A stretch of 64,000 nucleotides of DNA from a virus, in IMG/VR virus record IMGVR_UViG_3300020185_000011, one strand, 5' to 3'. This document shows positions 58,210 through 64,000 of this stretch, piece after piece. Each line of letters opens with the position of its first letter. Positions within the stretch are counted from its first letter, which is position 1. The position numbers and the translations under genes were made by a program. The notes beneath the pieces are model-generated. The model searched no databases. It saw only the letters and a list, made by a program, of their open reading frames with translations, and was not told the origin of the DNA.

Positions 58210-58258
58210 TTGACGAGACCCTTCATATATCTTATAATAGAAGTATGAAGGGTTTTTT
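58210..58258 (+). terminator. terminator-like hairpin overlapping a sigma70 promoter
   Basis: ACCCTTCATA...TATGAAGGGT plus T run; TTGACG-17-TATAAT inside it. Confidence 0.55.
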
Positions 58259-58310
58259 ATACCCTAAATAAAATCAGAAATCAAATATATTATTTTTATA
58301 GGAGTGTTAA

Positions 58311-59189
58311 ATGTTTGAAGTGGTTACAATTAAGACCGATGGTCTTGGAGTTACATCTGAAGATGTAAATCGATTAAAGTTATCGTTAGACAGACAGAGA
58401 AGTCTAACAAATGACGGTATGTCCATCGCAAGGTTATCTTGCTATACCGATGACCCTACAGGTCTTGATGAAGGCATCCGTGTTATCCCATTAATGAAAG
58501 ACCCCGAAATCATTCATGACGAATGGTATCAAGTCTTACTATGGGACGGAGATATGAAGGGACTTAGAGAAGAATCTAAGTGTACCTATGTCAATGCAAG
58601 AGTCGTTGCAAGACAAATGTGTACATCCGTCATATACGAAGGTCTACCTTCTAAAGGTACTACAGACGAATGCAACTTCACCTTCACAGATGAAGAAACT
58701 GCAGCTATCAAAGAGAATAATACATCATTCTTCTTTCAAGAAAGAAACTGGATGGAAGATGGGGATACTCAATACTTCCCACATTTCTGTGGCTGGGTAC
58801 AAGGTGATGGTAAGTACATTATCGACAATTTCCTCGCTGACAAAGCAGGCATTCAAGAAAAGTATGGTGCAAACGTACAGCAATACATCGAAGACCAAAT
58901 TGCAGAGAACAAAGGTATGGTGTTAAACACTAACCATGGTATCGTAGGTCAATACATTATTGGTGATGAGTTTGCAAACTTGGAAATGAATCAGAAATGG
59001 GAAACCAATGTACGACCATCATTCGAGAATGAAGGAGAATGGAGAGGACTTGGTGGAGACCAACAAGCACAATTCATTACCTTTGAACACGAGTACAGAG
59101 ATATCAGTCAACAATGTAGCTTTCTACATTTAAAAGGAGAAGGGAAAGACCCTAAATCCGACAGGTATCTTGAACTGTGGGTTCTATAA
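58311..59189 (+). CDS. divergent glycosyltransferase-like (GT-A) phage protein
   Basis: VNRL...CYTDDPTGLDEGIRVIPL...WY resembles phage GT N-termini, but no clear DxD. Confidence 0.5.
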   Translation: MFEVVTIKTDGLGVTSEDVNRLKLSLDRQRSLTNDGMSIARLSCYTDDPTGLDEGIRVIPLMKDPEIIHDEWYQVLLWDGDMKGLREESKCTYVNARVVARQMCTSVIYEGLPSKGTTDECNFTFTDEETAAIKENNTSFFFQERNWMEDGDTQYFPHFCGWVQGDGKYIIDNFLADKAGIQEKYGANVQQYIEDQIAENKGMVLNTNHGIVGQYIIGDEFANLEMNQKWETNVRPSFENEGEWRGLGGDQQAQFITFEHEYRDISQQCSFLHLKGEGKDPKSDRYLELWVL

Positions 59190-59884
59190 GACAATCCGAA
59201 GACTATCACATAGTCATACCAAAGTTCTACAGTGAAGTCGAATGTGACTCCATTGTAGAACTTATTTCTACACATCACACACAACTTATCGAAGAATTCT
59301 CACCCGAGAATATCGTATGGGCAGACTCCGATGGATACACTGGTCTCACTGCACTACATTCCACCTATAACTGGATACCTCTTATCGAAGACGAACTGGG
59401 TATCAATCTCATAGAAAGAATCATGTCATTCGTAGACACACGAGACTGCAAGGATGTGTTTATTAAGAGTTGGTGTAATCGATGGGACAAAGGCGAAGGC
59501 ATAAGACCCCACATTCACGCGGGTCTAGAGTTAAATCAAATAGGGGAACACGATTGGGAAATAGATAAGTCACAACAACACATCATTCCTATCGTAAACC
59601 AACACATGATTAGCGGTAATATATTCCTTAGTCATAACGACCATAGAGAATACGGTACATGGTATCAAGGTAAGGGATGGGTAGAAAACATAAGAGGTGA
59701 CTTGCATTTGTTTAGTCCACTCATCGTGCATTCCGTAGACTCCAACACGAGACAGGAGGCTAGATGTTCTCAAGCATTCGACATTCACATAGACGGTCAC
59801 ATGTCATCAACAACATTAAACCCACCCAGTATATACCACGAGGAACGAGCCTTAGAGTCTTTTCTACATATAGAGATAGATTAA
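59177..59884 (+). CDS. 2OG-Fe(II) oxygenase-like
   Basis: SWCNRW..GEGIRPHIH, ISGNIFL, LFSPLIVHSV, RCSQAFD. Confidence 0.75.
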   Translation: MGSIRQSEDYHIVIPKFYSEVECDSIVELISTHHTQLIEEFSPENIVWADSDGYTGLTALHSTYNWIPLIEDELGINLIERIMSFVDTRDCKDVFIKSWCNRWDKGEGIRPHIHAGLELNQIGEHDWEIDKSQQHIIPIVNQHMISGNIFLSHNDHREYGTWYQGKGWVENIRGDLHLFSPLIVHSVDSNTRQEARCSQAFDIHIDGHMSSTTLNPPSIYHEERALESFLHIEID

Positions 59885-60522
59885 TTATTATCGTTTGCTA
59901 GTTCCCCAACAACCAACTCACCAATCAAATTCACATTACTAATCCACCTATCAATCCCCATAGTATTTTGATAGGAATGCCACGACCTTTGAGACGGTCT
60001 AAACATATAAGCATCATTCACACCCCACTCATGACACCATACACGAGACACGGGCTTAGACTTATCAGAGGTAATACCATGAAACTTCGTAGGGTCACCC
60101 ATATCACTTAAAGGAACAAGTATCGTCAGCAACTTCCTGCTTCCCATATCCGTATGAGGGGGATAAAGCTTATTATAGGGGGGAGAACCACGTGCAGACT
60201 CATCAACCCATTGAGGAACCTTAGTGTTATCCCCATGGTATTGAATGTCATCTATCTCAGTCAATTCACGTATAAGAGACCAATTATCCAATAACCATTG
60301 AGACTTCTCAGAGACAAACTTAGATTGTGGGTCAGTGGTATACTCTATTTTCATAGATGGATAACAAGTATCGGGTACATACCCACCTATCTTATTCACA
60401 TCATGTGCTATACGCTCTCTTATATGTGTCAGTTCCTTCTCAGAGTAGTAGTTAGGAATACGAAAGATTTCCCCATAGAGGGGGACTGAGGGGGTGATTG
60501 AATATAATTCAAAGGGTATCAT
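59881..60522 (-). CDS. 2OG-Fe(II) oxygenase-like (only clear minus-strand gene)
   Basis: YPPHTD..KLLTILV, SWHSY, R..SNVN; convergent with the upstream gene. Confidence 0.7.
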   Translation of the reverse strand: MIPFELYSITPSVPLYGEIFRIPNYYSEKELTHIRERIAHDVNKIGGYVPDTCYPSMKIEYTTDPQSKFVSEKSQWLLDNWSLIRELTEIDDIQYHGDNTKVPQWVDESARGSPPYNKLYPPHTDMGSRKLLTILVPLSDMGDPTKFHGITSDKSKPVSRVWCHEWGVNDAYMFRPSQRSWHSYQNTMGIDRWISNVNLIGELVVGELANDNN

Positions 60523-60749
60523 GGTGGACTCTAATATAATGTGTGGTATAGTGTGTCAAAGTGTGTAATAATAATGGTATTTAGTTGGAGTGTGAGAAAG
60601 TGGAATAAAGTGGGTTTCGGTGCTTGTGTTCGGAGACCTTAATCACATATTTAGTTGGGGGTCAAGGCACCTCAGAGGGGTCAGAGGGGCTCAGAGTATA
60701 TCACAGAAAGCCCGTAATAGCAAGGCTGGCGCATTGATTTCGCTAGGGA

Positions 60750-60798
60750 AACTACACTTTCTTGCAGTAAATTCTTCTGAGCAACTACACTTTCTTGC
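60750..60798. repeat. 16-bp direct repeat in non-coding region
   Basis: AACTACACTTTCTTGC at 60750-60765 and 60783-60798. Confidence 0.85.
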
Positions 60799-60837
60799 GG
60801 GAACTCAAAGAAATCCGCAGAACTTCGGCGAGAAGCC

Positions 60838-60866
60838 TTGACAATGACCCGCTATCTTGGTATAAT
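60838..60866 (+). promoter_or_regulatory. sigma70-type early promoter (leaderless)
   Basis: GCC-TTGACA, 17 nt, TGG-TATAAT, ATG 60873. Confidence 0.85.
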
Positions 60867-60872
60867 ATACGT

Positions 60873-60971
60873 ATGATAAAGATTATTAAACAACACGGAC
60901 TGCTTGATGCAGACTTCATTCAACCTATTATAGGACTATTGGTTCTTATTACGCTAGGGGAAATCATCTAA
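60873..60971 (+). CDS. 32-aa hydrophobic peptide
   Basis: MIKIIKQHGLLDADFIQPIIGLLVLITLGEII; TAATG-coupled to the next ORF. Confidence 0.5.
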   Translation: MIKIIKQHGLLDADFIQPIIGLLVLITLGEII

Positions 60972-61195
60972 TGTATAACGGACTGAATGGTGTGCATCTA
61001 GCATCCAATATACCTGTCTCTATAGAGCTTAATGACGTAGAGATGTCGTATGCATGTGATAGTGACCCTGTTAGCTGTAACGCTAGTTGGGAGACTATGT
61101 GTGCGATGGTGCTTGAGCGTCTGGGTATCGAGATTATAGACTGCATAGAACTAGAAGAAATCGTCATAAAGGGGGTTGCAAAACCCTTTCATTGA
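60971..61195 (+). CDS. hypothetical early protein
   Basis: 74-aa ORF. Confidence 0.55.
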   Translation: MYNGLNGVHLASNIPVSIELNDVEMSYACDSDPVSCNASWETMCAMVLERLGIEIIDCIELEEIVIKGVAKPFH

Positions 61196-61355
61196 TGGTA
61201 TACTAGTAGTATGAAATAGAAACATGGGAGTTGAACTGAGGATTGTACCGTGGATTGCTAAGAGTTAAGTCTCAGTGGGTTGTTACCGAAAGCACGCGTG
61301 GTGATGAGAAGCGCCACCCCTCTAGGCCCTGCTATAGCAGGGTTTCCTAGGGGCC

Positions 61356-61384
61356 TTGACAAGAGCACGCTAATATGTTATAAT
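61356..61384 (+). promoter_or_regulatory. sigma70-type early promoter
   Basis: GCC-TTGACA, 17 nt, TGT-TATAAT. Confidence 0.85.
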
Positions 61385-61392
61385 GGAGAGTT

Positions 61393-61572
61393 ATGTCAAC
61401 GAAATGGAATACTGTAGATGTATACAGTATAGATACGAAGGTGACCAATATAGATGGGTCACATGAGTTACTTAAGCGTACAGAGAAACCTGTGAGTCTC
61501 AGAGAGGCGCTCAGAGTGTGTGCAGAGTTAGAGGAGGCCCAACACGTAGTCGAACTACGGAAAGCCTCTTAG
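61393..61572 (+). CDS. 59-aa hypothetical early protein (not in ORF track)
   Basis: MSTKWNTVDVYS...VELRKAS directly after the promoter. Confidence 0.55.
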   Translation: MSTKWNTVDVYSIDTKVTNIDGSHELLKRTEKPVSLREALRVCAELEEAQHVVELRKAS

Positions 61573-61684
61573 AACAGTGCTGTGGGACTCCTAGGGTATC
61601 TGGGCAGCAACTCAACCCCCTACCTCTATAGCTCTATGAAGCATTCTATATGACCACAGTAAATTTTTTTTTTGGTAAATTTTT

Positions 61685-61945
61685 ATGAGTAAATTCAAAA
61701 TAATACAAGGGAGTAAATCCGAGAAGGATAGAATACTCTTATATAATGGACGTGCAGTAGCATTCGAAGATGTTGCAAAGATGTGTATCTTCTTTATAGC
61801 AAACGAAGACAACTTATACCCACCCCCTAGATTTAAAGGTGGTCAAATGTTCATAGATTATATGACAGAGGTCTTAGAGACAAGACGTGTACCTACAGAT
61901 AGTAAGTATGCAATACAAAAGAACAAGGGAGTGGTTAAGGTATGA
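61685..61945 (+). CDS. hypothetical protein
   Basis: 86-aa ORF containing NEDNLYPPPRFKGG. Confidence 0.6.
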   Translation: MSKFKIIQGSKSEKDRILLYNGRAVAFEDVAKMCIFFIANEDNLYPPPRFKGGQMFIDYMTEVLETRRVPTDSKYAIQKNKGVVKV

Positions 61946-62175
61946 GTCCTAAATCACGAAGAATACACAAAGAAACCTTTACCACAGTCTTCACTGGCTT
62001 GTTAATTAACTATCCATTGAATCTATTGGGTCTCTATGTCTGTATTGACCTACTCGAATGGACAGACACACTCACCATAGGTAGTACCATTACTGCATGG
62101 ATGACAGGTGTTGCATACACACGTGTGTATATCATACGTAGACATTTTTATAATAGGGGTGTTGCATCTAATTAG
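61942..62175 (+). CDS. small membrane protein
   Basis: Two TMs; E...V.TGLLINY...R.Y.IRR.F pattern. Confidence 0.65.
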   Translation: MSPKSRRIHKETFTTVFTGLLINYPLNLLGLYVCIDLLEWTDTLTIGSTITAWMTGVAYTRVYIIRRHFYNRGVASN

Positions 62176-62316
62176 AGACCTAAGTCATGCTTAGGCATCT
62201 AATTGCACTCACTCGGGGTAGGGACAGGGAATCGAACATCACCAAGTCCACAAATACTTACACGACATGCGTGAAACCGTATTCCCATCCCCCCAGTTTT
62301 ATGGTATAATAGACTT

Positions 62317-62532
62317 ATGAAAAAATATTTAATTACGATACTATCAGTATTCACTATGACCTCTTGCAGTACATTGGATAAAGCAATTGAAATAGAAGAA
62401 ATCATCAATGACCCCTACCGTACACCCTTAGAGGAACGATTAGAACGATACGAAGCCTGTGAGTGGTTATTAGAGTTGGATACATTCGAACAATATTTGA
62501 TGTGTATATGTCCTACGTGTCATATATCATGA
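62317..62532 (+). CDS. small putative lipoprotein
   Basis: MKKYLITILSVFTMTSC lipobox-like; TGG-TATAAT 6 nt upstream. Confidence 0.55.
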   Translation: MKKYLITILSVFTMTSCSTLDKAIEIEEIINDPYRTPLEERLERYEACEWLLELDTFEQYLMCICPTCHIS

Positions 62533-62831
62533 GGCATGGTTCAATGACACACTCTTTTAGTGGTAAGAAACGTAAAACCAATGCATGGAAGACTCGTACT
62601 AAGACCGCTAAGGATTATAATTGGAATGTGAGTGTGAAAACGGTAGCTCCTTACGTGCGTGAGAGTGTATACTATCCGTCGGCGTCACCTTGTGATTCCC
62701 CTAAGACATCAAATACCCTAAGTAAAGAAGAACGTCAACGTATCTCGTCCGAGTATACCATTGCACCGTCTTATAATAAGGGTGCGTATCAAGTAATACC
62801 TCGGAATGAGGTCAAACACATAGGGAGATAG
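62529..62831 (+). CDS. conserved T4-like phage protein
   Basis: YTIAPSYNKGAYQVI motif. Confidence 0.7.
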   Translation: MRHGSMTHSFSGKKRKTNAWKTRTKTAKDYNWNVSVKTVAPYVRESVYYPSASPCDSPKTSNTLSKEERQRISSEYTIAPSYNKGAYQVIPRNEVKHIGR

Positions 62832-62837
62832 TAACTT

Positions 62838-63005
62838 ATGAGATTATTTTTAGTGTCGTACCTAGGATGTAGAATATTTAAAGACAGAAGTCCCGCTGGT
62901 GTACCACGTTTCATCGTAGAGACACCGAATTCGGTTCGATTGTACTCTTCCACATGGTATAACCTACCACAAATAAAAGGATTTATTGAAAATGAGTTTC
63001 TTTGA
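62838..63005 (+). CDS. 55-aa hypothetical protein (not in ORF track)
   Basis: GGGAG RBS; MRLFLVSYLGCRIFKDRSPAG... Confidence 0.55.
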   Translation: MRLFLVSYLGCRIFKDRSPAGVPRFIVETPNSVRLYSSTWYNLPQIKGFIENEFL

Positions 63006-63126
63006 TATTCTTTTTCTACCTTTTTACGTGTTTGCATTCTGTGTAACCCTAGGATTATGGTTTACACTCTTTATATTCGTCCATTATCAACTGAAAAAAT
63101 ACCTATCTTACAGGAGAACTAAATAA
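62992..63126 (+). CDS. 44-aa membrane peptide (not in ORF track)
   Basis: MSFFDILFLPFYVFAFCVTLGLWFTLFIFVH...; AAGGA upstream. Confidence 0.45.
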   Translation: MSFFDILFLPFYVFAFCVTLGLWFTLFIFVHYQLKKYLSYRRTK

Positions 63127-63130
63127 AACC

Positions 63131-63310
63131 ATGAGTACTGAATTAATATTAATACATATCGGGTTTATATCTGCACTCGTTTACTTTGTGTTCCGTAGTG
63201 GACAAAGAAGTGGACGTGAAGAGATGGTGAGCCAACTCATTCACGACAAATTTGTCGACCCAAAGGCTATAATAACTTTCTACCGTGGCAATGAAGACAC
63301 TGTAGAGTAA
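63131..63310 (+). CDS. 59-aa membrane peptide (not in ORF track)
   Basis: TAAATA-N5-ATG; MSTELILIHIGFISALVYFVFRSG... Confidence 0.55.
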   Translation: MSTELILIHIGFISALVYFVFRSGQRSGREEMVSQLIHDKFVDPKAIITFYRGNEDTVE

Positions 63311-63326
63311 CAACAAAGGATATATT

Positions 63327-64000
63327 ATGAGAATAATTGGAATTAATTCCAGCCATGATACCAGTTTATGTATCATGGAAGATGGAGAGGTAGTAGAACT
63401 CTTCGAAGAAGAAAGAGAAAGACGTGAAAAGTATTATTCACCGACTTTAGATGCACCTCACTTACATGTAATCGACTCTAAAGGTCTTGCAGATTCATTG
63501 GTGGATGAGGAAGGTAACGTACAGGGTGAGTTAGTCTTCGCATCTTTCGATAGACGTGACATGAAACTCGAAATGGATAAAGATTATCTCATGGATAATC
63601 GTCTCATTGCAATAGAGTTTGCAGATGCACTTGCAAAGGAACAATTAACCGAAGCAAGAATCCAAGAATTAATTAAAGCCTATCCCAAAGTGGGACTTAA
63701 AGAAGACTGGCACGAAGAAATGGATGAAACCATTCATGATGAGATGTGTAAACAGTTCTTTGACGTAGACCAGTATCACTTTGACACAGAACATCACATG
63801 TATCATGCATACAGTGGTTATTATCTCAGTCCTTTCTTTGAAAAGGGTGAGAATGCAATAGCAATTGCATGGGACGGTGGTGGTGCTAAGTGCTATCATG
63901 AGACACATCCGAACTATCAAGAGATTGAATCCATTTGGAAGTGTGACTTTGACACTAAGACTATTGTTCCCCAGTGGAAGAAGATGTCTAATCACCGTAT
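63327..64000 (+). CDS. carbamoyltransferase (NodU/CmcH family), N-terminal part, truncated by window edge
   Basis: Manual translation MRIIGINSSHDTSLC...EEERERREKY...EHHMYHAYSGYYLSPF...AIAWDGGG. Confidence 0.85.
   Translation, partial: MRIIGINSSHDTSLCIMEDGEVVELFEEERERREKYYSPTLDAPHLHVIDSKGLADSLVDEEGNVQGELVFASFDRRDMKLEMDKDYLMDNRLIAIEFADALAKEQLTEARIQELIKAYPKVGLKEDWHEEMDETIHDEMCKQFFDVDQYHFDTEHHMYHAYSGYYLSPFFEKGENAIAIAWDGGGAKCYHETHPNYQEIESIWKCDFDTKTIVPQWKKMSNHR

Noticed and set aside
60660-60800. Repeats as a mini CRISPR array
   Set aside because: Only two 16-bp copies with a 17-nt gap and no cas genes
60620-60841. 73-aa ORF in the divergent region
   Set aside because: GTG start without RBS, built over DNA repeats, atypical composition
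61236-61291. CTGAGGA...GAAA resembling a hammerhead ribozyme core
   Set aside because: The bases after CTGAGGA do not pair with those before GAAA, so stem II cannot form
62221-62240. GGGAATCGAAC as the T-arm of a minus-strand tRNA
   Set aside because: No matching T-stem, acceptor stem or anticodon arm could be built; kept only as a generic structured region
606-63995. Numerous short minus-strand and shifted-frame ORFs in the ORF track (e.g. 606..875, 45463..45900, 55250..55822, 63669..63995)
   Set aside because: They lie inside well-supported + strand genes and lack motifs or RBS; treated as shadows

Overview
A 64-kb AT-rich segment of a large T4-like myovirus, most similar in gene content to marine T4-like phages. 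The host is not determinable but looks proteobacterial (IscU, a sigma32-type promoter, curli and TorF-type envelope genes). Almost all genes lie on the + strand. The core is the T4 replication module (gp45, gp44, gp62, regA, gp43, uvsX, gp41, gp61, nrdA/B, glutaredoxin). Also present are a MoxR-AAA/vWA-peptidase pair, Hsp20, peroxiredoxin, IscU, a lysozyme, a likely spanin pair, three tRNAs (Thr, Arg, Ala), about ten 2OG-Fe(II) oxygenases and a block of probable capsid-packaged internal proteins. Three things stand out. (1) A ~7-kb late operon joins a curli-type secretion pore (CsgF/CsgG) and two curlin-like proteins to a FecR protein and a CHASE2 adenylate cyclase, i.e. a candidate phage-encoded trans-envelope sensing-to-cAMP system. 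(2) A C5-methyltransferase - TET/JBP dioxygenase - ParB-like - P-loop kinase cluster suggests cytosine hypermodification. A window-wide signature supports it: CCWGG/CCWGA and GGNCC occur only where a GpC overlaps or abuts them, and I found no GATC. (3) Many genes appear to be leaderless, from both sigma70-type and late TAAATA promoters. All family calls are from motif recognition by eye and all motif counts are manual; no searches were run.
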